Source: an uncultured Anaerolineaceae bacterium (GTDB taxonomy: Bacteria > Chloroflexota > Anaerolineae > Anaerolineales > UBA4823). From it: a DNA stretch of 64,000 bases. Below the pieces are notes generated by a model. The model was not told the origin of the DNA, searched no databases, and saw only the letters and a list, made by a program, of their open reading frames with translations. The translations under genes and the position numbers were made by a program. The DNA lies in contig CAYGZL010000151.1 in assembly GCA_964354345.1 (NCBI GenBank), positions 25,869 to 89,868 on the forward strand, given 5' to 3'. Positions 26,888 to 36,551 of the stretch are shown piece by piece (positions within the stretch are counted from its first letter, which is position 1; each line of letters starts with the position of its first letter).

Positions 26888-29381
26888 GCCAGGCAATCCC
26901 ATAACAAAGTGCACCGATCTGGAGTACCCAATGGAAACCAAACGAAAGCGCCAGGAGGGCGGCCAGAACCGAGGCTACCACCGATGCTGCGCCATTCGCG
27001 GCCCAAATCAGGGGGAAGTCTGATCCACCTCCCAACAAGCGCCGCACTCCGCCAGGAAAGGGAATACCCATCAAGAAACCGTAAGGGCTGAGCAGGATTA
27101 CGGTGATCGCCAGGCGTAACGGCAGGAGGAATCCCAACGAGAGGTTGAAGACAAAAGTAAAGAGATAAGGGCTGGCAACCAGCAGTAAGATCAAAAGAAA
27201 TAAGGCTGACCGGATAGAGATCCGTTGGTTAAATTGGCTGCCTAAACCTGAAAACAGGAGCAAGCTAAATAATACTGCGGTCATGGCATAGGCCGGGTGT
27301 CCCAAAAACAATATAAAGCGCTGGATAAAGGGGATTTCAACTAACAGGTAAGCCAGCCCAATACTTATGAAGTAGATGAGTGCTGTAGTTCTCGGAGTAG
27401 ATGCCATCCCTGTTGCACCAGGCTTCGATTGAATTTTCGCTTTACGATAATGGAGAATAACGACTGGCACCAGGATCAAAATTGAAGATAATAACAGCGC
27501 CAGAATGAGTAAAATTACGATTACAAAGTAGCCTGCGCCACCAAATGGCTGCCATGTTTTTCCAAGTTCTGCAATAACTTGCCGGGTTTGGGACCATTTG
27601 AAGAAATGCCCAAAAAAGGGATCATCATCCGTAGGAGGGCGGATATCATAAGGATACGTCTGGTAGAACTGCTCCTTTGATGGAGCGTAAATTAAATCTT
27701 GAAACGTCTGGTAATAGACTGAAGTGGGTAAGATATTATATTGGTTTGTCTCACTCGCCTGAATATCTGGCGCATAAACCAGGTCGAACGCTCGTTGTGC
27801 AGTAAAATCGCGCACCTGTGATAACTCTGCTGGCGTGAAAGATGTCTTCTTTATCAGGAATGTAATCAGGTTGTAGCCCCGAAATGCTACAATTTTGTCT
27901 GCTGGGCTCCTACCACTGCGCTCTAGCGCAGTAATCGCCAGGGCAAAGGTACGTAAGCATTCGCTGGGCGGTTTTTGCAGCCAACGTGTGACGGCAAAGA
28001 TGCCATTATCGTCTAAATTAGCCAGCACATCCCCGAAGGCCTCGACTGTGTAACGATAATCCTCCATCAGGCTGTAAGCCCCAGACTGAACCGGATGGTA
28101 GTTACTGATCAGGGATAAAATGACAATATCGTAGGAGTTTGAAGCCTCGGGTTGTGTAGCCAGGCGGTGGATATAGCTGCGGTCGGAATCGAGGATGGTT
28201 TGAACCCGTGGGTCGCCGTAAATGTGTTGAGCAGCCCGGATCACTGCCGGGTTCATTTCGACTGCGGTAACGCGGTTGGCGTTGAGCGCCAAAGCGGTAA
28301 ACACATCCAATCCTCCACGCGGCTCGAGAATCAGGGTTTGTGCCTGGGGACGTAAGATGAAAGCCGCTGCCAGTGGTAAGTACCTTTCAAACCCCGGTTG
28401 AGTTCCGGGGTGGATGATTGGGCTGAGGTCATCGCCATCGGTAAAGATGCCGTCTTCAGCGGGAGACGCTTGCGGGTAAAGGTAGCTAAGGCCGGGTAAA
28501 GAACGAATGCTGGAGCTGCGCACGATATCCGTTCGAGCAGTCGTGTTCCATTGGCTGGAAATTAATTGGACATCCGGATATTGTAGGGCGTAGGATAATC
28601 CTTTGTATGGGGAAATTTTTAAATCAAGCCAGGCGAAAGAATGCCTGCCGGCGATGCGGTTGAAAGAGTCGGTCAGACAGAAGAACAATAAGAGTATGGC
28701 TAACCAGCCAGGCAAACCGGCAACTAATCCCCTCAATGATCTCCAAATCCTGATATCATTCCCCCCGGTCACTGGTGCGGGTTTAAGCATGAAGCACAAC
28801 GCTGACAGCGCAGCCAGGCTGCTACTCAACACTACAATCCCTTCGCCACCGAAAATCCGTGGGGTGACCAAAGCGGCTAAACAACCCAGGGCAGAGCCAG
28901 ACAGGTTAGCCGCGTAATTTGAGCCAATCTCTTCTCCGTGCCTCGAAAGCAGGATAGCAATTACTAACCCATTAAAAAAGAAGGGTGTACTGAGCAGGAA
29001 ATAATGAAAAACCAGAATCCCGATTTGCCGGCGATCCCAGGCGATGCTAAATGAATCAAAGGGCAGGTGATTGATCGTCAGGTAAGTACATAGGATAGAT
29101 AACCCGCTGGCAAGCGATAACCAGGCTAGCTTACGCCGAGAAGCTCCCTTTGAGAGGCTGGGGAAGATTACCAACGCTGTCCCGCTAGCGCCGTAGCCTA
29201 GCAGGCCGATACTGACGATCATGAAGGCAAAATGGTAAAACTGAGCAACAGAATACAGGCGGGTCAGGTTTATTTCGAATAGTAGAGTGCCGGCTGAAAG
29301 GAGAATCAATCCCACGCGAACAGCCCAGCGATCCTGGGGTTGGGTGATTTCATCTGCGATGGTATAGGGTTCGGCTGGCAT
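26835..29381 (-). CDS. Polytopic membrane protein with a central spermidine-synthase-like / class I methyltransferase-fold domain
   Basis: 848 aa, with TM bundles at both ends. The central soluble region has LILEPRGGLDVFTALALNANRVTAVEMNPAVI and SYDIVILSLIS. This is a SpeE-like topology, but the canonical GGGDG and D..DP residues are not conserved. Confidence 0.6.
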   Translation of the reverse strand: MPAEPYTIADEITQPQDRWAVRVGLILLSAGTLLFEINLTRLYSVAQFYHFAFMIVSIGLLGYGASGTALVIFPSLSKGASRRKLAWLSLASGLSILCTYLTINHLPFDSFSIAWDRRQIGILVFHYFLLSTPFFFNGLVIAILLSRHGEEIGSNYAANLSGSALGCLAALVTPRIFGGEGIVVLSSSLAALSALCFMLKPAPVTGGNDIRIWRSLRGLVAGLPGWLAILLLFFCLTDSFNRIAGRHSFAWLDLKISPYKGLSYALQYPDVQLISSQWNTTARTDIVRSSSIRSLPGLSYLYPQASPAEDGIFTDGDDLSPIIHPGTQPGFERYLPLAAAFILRPQAQTLILEPRGGLDVFTALALNANRVTAVEMNPAVIRAAQHIYGDPRVQTILDSDRSYIHRLATQPEASNSYDIVILSLISNYHPVQSGAYSLMEDYRYTVEAFGDVLANLDDNGIFAVTRWLQKPPSECLRTFALAITALERSGRSPADKIVAFRGYNLITFLIKKTSFTPAELSQVRDFTAQRAFDLVYAPDIQASETNQYNILPTSVYYQTFQDLIYAPSKEQFYQTYPYDIRPPTDDDPFFGHFFKWSQTRQVIAELGKTWQPFGGAGYFVIVILLILALLLSSILILVPVVILHYRKAKIQSKPGATGMASTPRTTALIYFISIGLAYLLVEIPFIQRFILFLGHPAYAMTAVLFSLLLFSGLGSQFNQRISIRSALFLLILLLVASPYLFTFVFNLSLGFLLPLRLAITVILLSPYGFLMGIPFPGGVRRLLGGGSDFPLIWAANGAASVVASVLAALLALSFGFHWVLQIGALCYGIAWLMAMVASQKELILSLPR

Positions 29382-29430
29382 AGATAGAGTATAACGCGTT
29401 TGTAAACACCAGAATGGGCAGGAGTTACGA

Positions 29431-29459
29431 TTGACAATTTACCTTCTGTCAGGCAGAAT
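29431..29459 (+). promoter_or_regulatory. Putative promoter of the MoxR operon (TTGACA, 17 nt spacer, CAGAAT)
   Basis: Perfect -35 hexamer at 29431..29436, a 17-nt spacer and a weak -10 at 29454..29459. It lies in the 98-nt divergent intergenic region. Confidence 0.3.
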
Positions 29460-29479
29460 TAACCCCATAGGGGGCAAGT

Positions 29480-30490
29480 ATGTCAGAGTCGATGAAAGGT
29501 GAAGCGATGTCATCAGTTCAGAATTTTTCCTCTCGCATTATGGATAATGTCGAGCGTGTGATCGTGGGTAAGCGCTCAGTAATTGAACTATTAATGGTTG
29601 CTTTTCTGTGCGAAGGACACGTCTTACTCGAAGATGTTCCTGGTACTGGGAAAACCATGTTGGCCCGGGCGATGGCGATCAGTCTCGGGGGATCGTTTAA
29701 ACGACTGCAATGTACGCCCGATTTACTTCCCAATGATGTGACCGGAGTCTCGGTATTCAACCAACAGAACAACCAGTTTGAGTTTCGACCAGGACCGATT
29801 TTTGTCAATCTCCTGCTGGCTGATGAGATCAACCGGGCAACTCCGCGTACTCAATCGGCGTTGCTGGAGGCGATGCAAGAGCAGCAGGTCACCGTGGATG
29901 GGGTCACGCGCCCGCTGCCTCGTCCATTTATGATTTTGGCGACTCAAAATCCTATTGAGTATGAAGGGACCTTTCCCTTGCCAGAAGCGCAACTCGATCG
30001 ATTTCTTTTGCGCCTCCCGGTCGGTTATCCTTCGCCAGGCGACGAGAAACTTATCCTCAACCACCTTCGCCGGGAACACCCAATCATTCACCTTAAAATG
30101 GTTGACCTGATGAGTGATTTACCGGGTGAAGGTTCTGTGGATAGTCTAAATTATTTGATATCCTTGCAGAAGGTTGTTTGGGAAGTGCATGTCGATGATT
30201 CACTGCAGGAGTATCTGGTGCGATTAGTTGGGGCGACGCGCCAACATCCTGACCTGGCGTTGGGAGGCAGTCCGCGCGCCAGCCTGGCGTTATATAAGGC
30301 CACCCAGGCTCTCGCGGCAGTGCGTGGGCGTGACCATGTTATCCCCGATGATATTCAATACCTGATCCCCTACGTATTGCCCCATCGCTTGATTACCCGA
30401 CCTGAAGCTGAGTTAAGAGGACGGAGTAAACGGATTGTCTTGGAAGAAATATTAAAAAATACCCCCCTGAAGCTTGAAATGAATGGGTAG
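29480..30490 (+). CDS. MoxR-family AAA+ ATPase
   Basis: Walker A EDVPGTGKT, Walker B LLADEINRA, ATQNPIEYEGTFPLPEAQLDRF, and the C-terminal GGSPRASLAL lid. The start may be an internal Met (29507). Confidence 0.9.
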   Translation: MSESMKGEAMSSVQNFSSRIMDNVERVIVGKRSVIELLMVAFLCEGHVLLEDVPGTGKTMLARAMAISLGGSFKRLQCTPDLLPNDVTGVSVFNQQNNQFEFRPGPIFVNLLLADEINRATPRTQSALLEAMQEQQVTVDGVTRPLPRPFMILATQNPIEYEGTFPLPEAQLDRFLLRLPVGYPSPGDEKLILNHLRREHPIIHLKMVDLMSDLPGEGSVDSLNYLISLQKVVWEVHVDDSLQEYLVRLVGATRQHPDLALGGSPRASLALYKATQALAAVRGRDHVIPDDIQYLIPYVLPHRLITRPEAELRGRSKRIVLEEILKNTPLKLEMNG

Positions 30491-31667
30491 TTCTGTTTTG
30501 CTCTTCCTGGTGTTTTTGTTATTATTCGCCGCGATTCTCGGAGATGATTCTATTCTCACCATAATCTATTTGCTCTTAGGAGCATTCTGGTTAGGAAGGT
30601 GGTGGAGCCAACGAGCATTGAGAAGTACTCATATGCGGCGGGTTCATGCTCCACGTGCATTTTTAGGAGAAAAACTGACTGTTCATTTGGAAGTATTTAA
30701 TTCTGGTATGCTACCAGCAGTTTGGTTACGTCTGAGGGATAGCTTACCCATCGAGCTGGCAGTGACAGGCTCCTTCAATCACCTGATCAGTTTGGGTCCC
30801 AAGGGAACAATTACATTTGAATATCCCGTCGAATGCCGTAAACGCGGCTATTATCCGATCGGACCGTTAGACCTGTATACCAGTGATTTGTTTGGCTGGA
30901 CTGATCAACTCCATCGCAGGGAACCGGTGGACTATTTAACAGTCTACCCTAAAATTATTCCCCTGGTTCGTTTGAAAATCCCTTCCCATTCGCCAATGGG
31001 CACATTACGCCATATACAACCAATATTTGAAGACCCAACCCGGATTCTTGGAAAACGCGATTATGTTGCCGGTGATTCGCTCCGCCGGGTTGATTGGAAA
31101 GCCACCGCAGTGACCCACCGTCTTCAGGTGAAAGTATATGAACCTTCGATAGCACTGGAGACAGCTCTCTTTCTAAATTTAAATGCCTCCGATTATGAAG
31201 GTCGAGCTCGGTATGATATGACAGAATTGGCCATCGTGGTAGCAGCCTCTTTAGCAAATTATTCGATTCGTTTGCGCCAATCAGTGGGACTATTTACGAA
31301 CGGCGATGACCCAATCTTTGCCGGAGAATCACCCTCAGGAATATCTCCAAGACATGGGCAGGCTCATTTAATGCAGATTCTAGAAACCCTGGCTCGGATT
31401 CAGATTGGAGTAATATTTTCTTTAAATCAACTTCTAGAGCGAGAAATACACCGTCTGGCATGGGGGACTACCTTGATCGTGATCAGTCACCAGATCGCTG
31501 AGGATGTATTCGATCAATTCTTCCAGGCGCGCCGGCTGGGAATGCAGGTGATGTTAATTGTGTGTGGAGCAATTGTTAATTCCGAGCAAATCAAACAAAA
31601 GGCAGAATTCTTTGGTTTTCCGTTGGTCCAGGTGGAACATGAGTATGACCTTGAGATGTGGAGATAG
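30483..31667 (+). CDS. DUF58 (vWA-like) family protein
   Basis: 394 aa, two N-terminal TM segments. Hallmark RDYVAGDSLRRVDWKATA. Overlaps the moxR stop by 8 nt. Confidence 0.8.
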   Translation: MGSSVLLFLVFLLLFAAILGDDSILTIIYLLLGAFWLGRWWSQRALRSTHMRRVHAPRAFLGEKLTVHLEVFNSGMLPAVWLRLRDSLPIELAVTGSFNHLISLGPKGTITFEYPVECRKRGYYPIGPLDLYTSDLFGWTDQLHRREPVDYLTVYPKIIPLVRLKIPSHSPMGTLRHIQPIFEDPTRILGKRDYVAGDSLRRVDWKATAVTHRLQVKVYEPSIALETALFLNLNASDYEGRARYDMTELAIVVAASLANYSIRLRQSVGLFTNGDDPIFAGESPSGISPRHGQAHLMQILETLARIQIGVIFSLNQLLEREIHRLAWGTTLIVISHQIAEDVFDQFFQARRLGMQVMLIVCGAIVNSEQIKQKAEFFGFPLVQVEHEYDLEMWR

Positions 31668-31673
31668 GTAGAC

Positions 31674-33350
31674 TTGACCAAAAATCCCATAAACCATCCG
31701 GTCAATTATCCTCCCGAAACGGTAGCTCCGCCTAACGTCAAACAAGAGCGCTGGATTTTAGCGATAGCTTTCCTGCTCGTTATTGGTATGATCTGTTGTG
31801 CTCTAGCAGCGGTTTTCCAGATGGTTGCATCATTAATCCCCGGTTGGAATGGTGCGTATCTAATCTTTTTTAGTATTTTTATATCCCTTGAAGTGTATTA
31901 TTCACGACAAGTTTTGAAACGAGTCCATTTCCCCGAGAGGGAATGGGTTTCCTTTCGCGTAGCTGAGTGGACTTTTATCCTGATCTCCTTAAAGGTGGCC
32001 TTCTATTGTATGCGAGGTTTTAACCAGCTTATATTCGATCTACCTCATTGGCGCGAGAACTTCCTAAGCAATTTTTTCTCAGCTGAATATCTGATTGCAC
32101 TTATGATAGTGTTCTTGATTTGGGGAATCAGCACATTTTTTGCGGTTTCGCTATCGCAAATTGGACTGGATGAGAAAGAATTGATCCTTGAGGAGGACGG
32201 CGTGGCTTCTCTTGAGCGTGTGCAAGCTCGTTCAGCGTTGCTGAATGGATACCTGATTCTAGGAGGAATCCTGATTGTAAGCATAACAGTACTCAAGTTG
32301 GTAGGGTATGAAATGGGGATTCAGACGAAGGGGATTTTGTTTCTAGTATTAGCTTACTTCTTAGCCGGATTGGGATTGCTCAGTCTGGTTCATCTGGCGA
32401 CGATGGAAACGCGTTCGATCGTAGATCATGTTACGCTTCAGAAAGGTATTTCCTGGCGATGGCTTGCCTATAGCATTGGTTTTACACTATTATTAGGAAT
32501 TATTACCAGCCTGCTGCCTACCCATTATTCCGTAGGCCTTTTTGATATGATTCGAACGCTGCTACAGTTAATTCTATCCATAATAGGTTTTCTATTATTT
32601 TTGGTCATTGTACCCTTCGCCTATCTGTGGAATTTACTGATGGGATTACTCAGTGGTTCGAAAAAATCCGATCAAAGCACACCGGTTATCCCAAATGTAC
32701 CTGTTATCCAGGCTCCAGCAACACCCCTCGCCTGGCTTGAATTTTTGAAATCATTGATATTCTGGATTGTGTTAATTGGGCTGGTTAGTTATTCGATCTA
32801 TTATTACTTACACAGTCACAAAGAGCTGCTCGAACGGTTACGCAGATTGCCATTCTTCGCATTCATTACCTATCTCTGGAGAGGACTTCTCGATTGGTTG
32901 CGAAAAGCGCGTAGGGAACTCTACCAGGGTATCCAGGCTGGTTGGCAACGTCTGCGTGGGGAAGAGAGAAGCAAAAGGGAGGCACTTCCCTGGCAACTGC
33001 TTCGTTTACGTAGGTTGTCGCCTCGCCAGAGGATAATATATTATTACCTGGCCATGGTGCGGCGGGGAGTGGAAACGGGTATATCGAGGTCAATTTACCA
33101 GACCCCATATGCTTATTCTCAAACGCTGGTTCAAGGCATCCACATGCGAGCTGGTTCAGGAACTGGAATAATAGATACAGGGGATATACAAGAAGGGATT
33201 GATCAACTGACGGACCAATTTGTCGAGGCGCGCTATAGTTTGCATGAAATATCTATCGCACAAGTTTCGGCTTTACACCCGATCTGGCTAAAAATACAAC
33301 ATGCGCTTCGGCGATTCCGTCAGAGGAATAAGGAGCAACCATCTGGATGA
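31674..33350 (+). CDS. Polytopic membrane protein with C-terminal DUF4129-like domain (TgpA C-terminal module without a transglutaminase core)
   Basis: 558 aa, TTG start 6 nt after the DUF58 stop. It has many TM helices. The C-terminal region RIIYYYLAMVRRG...YQTPYAYSQTL...FVEARYS fits DUF4129 (from memory). No Cys-His-Asp transglutaminase motif was seen. Confidence 0.6.
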   Translation: MTKNPINHPVNYPPETVAPPNVKQERWILAIAFLLVIGMICCALAAVFQMVASLIPGWNGAYLIFFSIFISLEVYYSRQVLKRVHFPEREWVSFRVAEWTFILISLKVAFYCMRGFNQLIFDLPHWRENFLSNFFSAEYLIALMIVFLIWGISTFFAVSLSQIGLDEKELILEEDGVASLERVQARSALLNGYLILGGILIVSITVLKLVGYEMGIQTKGILFLVLAYFLAGLGLLSLVHLATMETRSIVDHVTLQKGISWRWLAYSIGFTLLLGIITSLLPTHYSVGLFDMIRTLLQLILSIIGFLLFLVIVPFAYLWNLLMGLLSGSKKSDQSTPVIPNVPVIQAPATPLAWLEFLKSLIFWIVLIGLVSYSIYYYLHSHKELLERLRRLPFFAFITYLWRGLLDWLRKARRELYQGIQAGWQRLRGEERSKREALPWQLLRLRRLSPRQRIIYYYLAMVRRGVETGISRSIYQTPYAYSQTLVQGIHMRAGSGTGIIDTGDIQEGIDQLTDQFVEARYSLHEISIAQVSALHPIWLKIQHALRRFRQRNKEQPSG

Positions 33351-34390
33351 ATAAAATCCTCTATTTTTACCCCACCGGTCATGAAGCGCATTATGAAAAA
33401 GATCATCCAGAAGGGCCAGAACGCCTTGAGGCCATTGTACATGGATTGCGTATCGCTGGTTGGTGGGATAATGAATCGAAGCTGGCACCTGGGCAAGTTC
33501 CTCTAGAAATATTACACACCGTGCACCGACCGGAATATTTGATTACACTCCAGAAGGCTTGTGCGAAGGGTTTATATATTGATTCAAACACCTACACTAC
33601 ACCGGCTTCGTGGAGATTAGCCCTGCAAGCCGCAGGAGGTGGTATTGCGGTGGCTAAGGCTGTCTGGGAGGCCGTAAATGAGGGAAGGACAGGTCAGGTC
33701 AAAGGGTTCGCTTTGACCCGCCCACCTGGTCATCATGCCACGGCGGAGCAGGGGATGGGTTTTTGCTTACTTAATAATATCGCCATCGCTGCGGAATATC
33801 TGCATCAAAAAAAGTCAGCCAATCGAATAGCAATTGTTGATCTCGACCTTCACCATGGCAATGGCACCCAGGATATTTTTTGGACACGAAACGATGTGTT
33901 GTATATTTCCACACATCAATCGCCATTATTTCCAGGCAGTGGTCAGCTGGAGGAAATTGGCGCCGGTCCAGGTGAAGGGTATACGGTCAATTTACCGATG
34001 CCACCTGGAACAGGTGATCAGGGTTTCCTAACTGTGATGGAACAGTTGATCCTACCGCTGCTCGCACGTTATTCGCCTGAGATAATTCTCGTGAGTGTTG
34101 GCTTTGATCCTCACTGGCGTGATCCCCTGGGGCATTTCCAGTTATCCGCAGCAACCTACGGGTCTCTCGTATCTGACCTGGTAAATTACGCTGATCGCTA
34201 TTGTGCGGGGCGGATTGCATTTTTTCTTGAAGGAGGGTATGATCTTGAAGCTAACGCGGCCTGTGCTCAAGGACTGGTTGCAGCTATATATAGTTTACCC
34301 TGGCAGGATCCTCTCGGACCTACTCCCCGGTTTGAAGGGAAATCCTGGCAGAGCACTGTCCGTATCGCGAAACAAATTTGGAAATTGTAA
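33347..34390 (+). CDS. Histone deacetylase-family amidohydrolase (AcuC / acetylpolyamine amidohydrolase-like)
   Basis: 347 aa. Contains RPPGHHA, DLDLHHGNGTQ and LEGGY. Its start overlaps the previous stop (ATGA). Confidence 0.85.
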   Translation: MNKILYFYPTGHEAHYEKDHPEGPERLEAIVHGLRIAGWWDNESKLAPGQVPLEILHTVHRPEYLITLQKACAKGLYIDSNTYTTPASWRLALQAAGGGIAVAKAVWEAVNEGRTGQVKGFALTRPPGHHATAEQGMGFCLLNNIAIAAEYLHQKKSANRIAIVDLDLHHGNGTQDIFWTRNDVLYISTHQSPLFPGSGQLEEIGAGPGEGYTVNLPMPPGTGDQGFLTVMEQLILPLLARYSPEIILVSVGFDPHWRDPLGHFQLSAATYGSLVSDLVNYADRYCAGRIAFFLEGGYDLEANAACAQGLVAAIYSLPWQDPLGPTPRFEGKSWQSTVRIAKQIWKL

Positions 34391-34415
34391 ATAAAATAAC
34401 CAAAGGAGTTATAAA

Positions 34416-36425
34416 ATGGGTGATCAATTAGCTGTATTCATAGATTTTGAGAATGTGGCCTTGTGGGCTGAGCGAGAATTTTTCGATTTTGAAATTACTC
34501 CCTTAATGGAATATCTGCAGAGTCGCGGACCGGCGATTGTCAAACGCGCCTATGCTGATTGGTCTCGGTTCGCTCGTTATCGGGACGAGATGATGAATAA
34601 CTCAATTGATACCATCCAGGTTTACAGTGTACGGCAGGGCAAGAACCGGGCAGATATTCGGCTGGCAGTAGATGCCCTTGAGATTGCAGTGTTACGTCAA
34701 CAGATCAACACCTTTGTGATCGTTTCGGGAGACAGCGATTTCAGCCCTCTGGTAGCGAAGCTACGTGAATATGGACGTTATACAATCGGGATTGGCCCAC
34801 GCAGTATTACGCATCACTTGTTAGTTAAATCTTGTGATGAATTTGTTTACCTGGAAACAGCCCTGGGTGAGCCTACAGATGCGGGCGAACATACACCCGG
34901 CGATCGAGAAGCAGCGCGCAGTCTACTCACCAAAGCCTTGCAGGCTTATGGGCAACGTGGCGAACTACCCGTCTTGGCCAATCGTCTCCGACAAACCTTG
35001 CTGTTGATGGATCCAGCCTTCAATGAAGCCAACTTTGGTTACTCTCAATTTAAAAATTGGTTAGAAGATAATCCCGATCTGGTGCGGATGTTTGTCAAAG
35101 ACATGCATATTTACGTGGCCCCGTTAGATTATGTTGCCCCAGCTACCCAGGATTTGTTACGCAATGGTATTCCTGAGCCTGCCCGAACAACCTCCTTGAC
35201 CAGTGTACCTGCGTCATCCAATTCGGTTACCCATGTTCAATCAGGTTTGGATTATCAATATCGCCAAATCTTTAACCGGTTGAGGATGACTACGGTAGAT
35301 GTATCAACCCGGCGAGATTTCTTGCGTGACATCTTCCGAGAGTTGTCCGAACACCCTGGCGAGTCGACTGTCGATGATTTATTGGACCATCTTCGTGAAC
35401 GCTATGAAGCACAAGGAATGATTCGCACGAAAGCAACCTTAAGGGATGTCTTACAAATGGCCTTTCGACAACGTGGCTTTGATTTTCATAACCGGGCAGT
35501 TGCAGCGGATGCACCGATCTGGATGGCGGAGGAGATTAATGATGAAGCAACATTTATCCTCCGGGCAGAGTCGGATTTTGTTTATGCCATTGTACGCGCC
35601 GGGTTGGAAATCGATTTAGGAGAGTTGGCGTGTGTTGTGGTGAATGATCGGACTGAGGTGGATTATGTCCAGTCTCTGATAGATGATTTACGCCAACGGG
35701 GCATAATAATTCGCCGGGGGAAGCGCTACATGTTGCCCGGTCGGGGCGTCATTCCCTTTGAGAACGAGCCTGCCTTACAGATCCTCTGCCGGGATATTGA
35801 CCAGGTGCAGATTCCTGAAAATATGCAGACCGGTGTGGAGATGGCGCATAATTTAGCGAAGAAAGCCTTGATGCAGCGCTCACAAGATTTTGCCTCCTCC
35901 GGAAATACCTATTTGTTAGCCTGCCGTCTGCAATGGGACGCAGTCGAAAAAGGTGAACCCGGGGCTTCTCTGGAAGATTTACGCTGGTTCATGGCATCCT
36001 ATGCTTCAGCGATGGCAGGGAAATTATCCCAGGTAAACCATGATTATTCAGGCGCACGGCTGTATTATCTGTCTTTTTTTGCCCTGGTGCAGGAAGATGA
36101 TCCTTTATGGAGCCGGATGCGGGGGTTGATCAATCCTATGCTTTCATACTATTGGGCAAATGCCGGGCGCGAATTAGATTTAAATGTCAGTTCCTGGAAT
36201 ATTAGCATGTCTTCACCAGCCCAAATCGCTATTTTTGCCGCCAATCACCCAAATCCTGATCTACGGAAGCTCTGGCTCAATATCACAGTGGAATTGGCTG
36301 AGGTCAATCCCGGTCTGTTACGCCGGATTGGTCACCAGATCATGATGAATCGTTCCGAGGATCCAGAGAGTATGCATGTGGCTGAGCAGATCGATAACAT
36401 TCTCTCTAGTTTAACGACTTCATAA
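34416..36425 (+). CDS. NYN (LabA-like) nuclease domain + OST-HTH/LOTUS domain protein with a ~400-aa uncharacterised C-terminal region
   Basis: 669 aa. NYN region: LAVFIDFENV ... FVIVSGDSDFSPLVAKLREYG. LOTUS-like region: LLTKALQAYGQRGELPVLANRLRQTLLLMDPAFNEANFGYSQFKNWLED. I could not assign the remainder. Confidence 0.75.
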   Translation: MGDQLAVFIDFENVALWAEREFFDFEITPLMEYLQSRGPAIVKRAYADWSRFARYRDEMMNNSIDTIQVYSVRQGKNRADIRLAVDALEIAVLRQQINTFVIVSGDSDFSPLVAKLREYGRYTIGIGPRSITHHLLVKSCDEFVYLETALGEPTDAGEHTPGDREAARSLLTKALQAYGQRGELPVLANRLRQTLLLMDPAFNEANFGYSQFKNWLEDNPDLVRMFVKDMHIYVAPLDYVAPATQDLLRNGIPEPARTTSLTSVPASSNSVTHVQSGLDYQYRQIFNRLRMTTVDVSTRRDFLRDIFRELSEHPGESTVDDLLDHLRERYEAQGMIRTKATLRDVLQMAFRQRGFDFHNRAVAADAPIWMAEEINDEATFILRAESDFVYAIVRAGLEIDLGELACVVVNDRTEVDYVQSLIDDLRQRGIIIRRGKRYMLPGRGVIPFENEPALQILCRDIDQVQIPENMQTGVEMAHNLAKKALMQRSQDFASSGNTYLLACRLQWDAVEKGEPGASLEDLRWFMASYASAMAGKLSQVNHDYSGARLYYLSFFALVQEDDPLWSRMRGLINPMLSYYWANAGRELDLNVSSWNISMSSPAQIAIFAANHPNPDLRKLWLNITVELAEVNPGLLRRIGHQIMMNRSEDPESMHVAEQIDNILSSLTTS

Positions 36426-36437
36426 TGATTTATCATT

Positions 36438-36472
36438 GGAATGTGCGGGTTGCGCAGCAGCCCACACATTCC
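36438..36472 (+). terminator. Hairpin downstream of the NYN-LOTUS gene
   Basis: GGAATGTGCGGG-ttgcgcagcag-CCCACACATTCC forms a 12-bp stem with 1 mismatch. There is no clear T-tract after it. Confidence 0.4.
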
Positions 36473-36551
36473 AATTCCACGCAAAGATCGATAGATGAAA
36501 TCTGGAATAAACAGTCATGGTTGGAAGCGACTTTAATTACCTATTTGAGAT

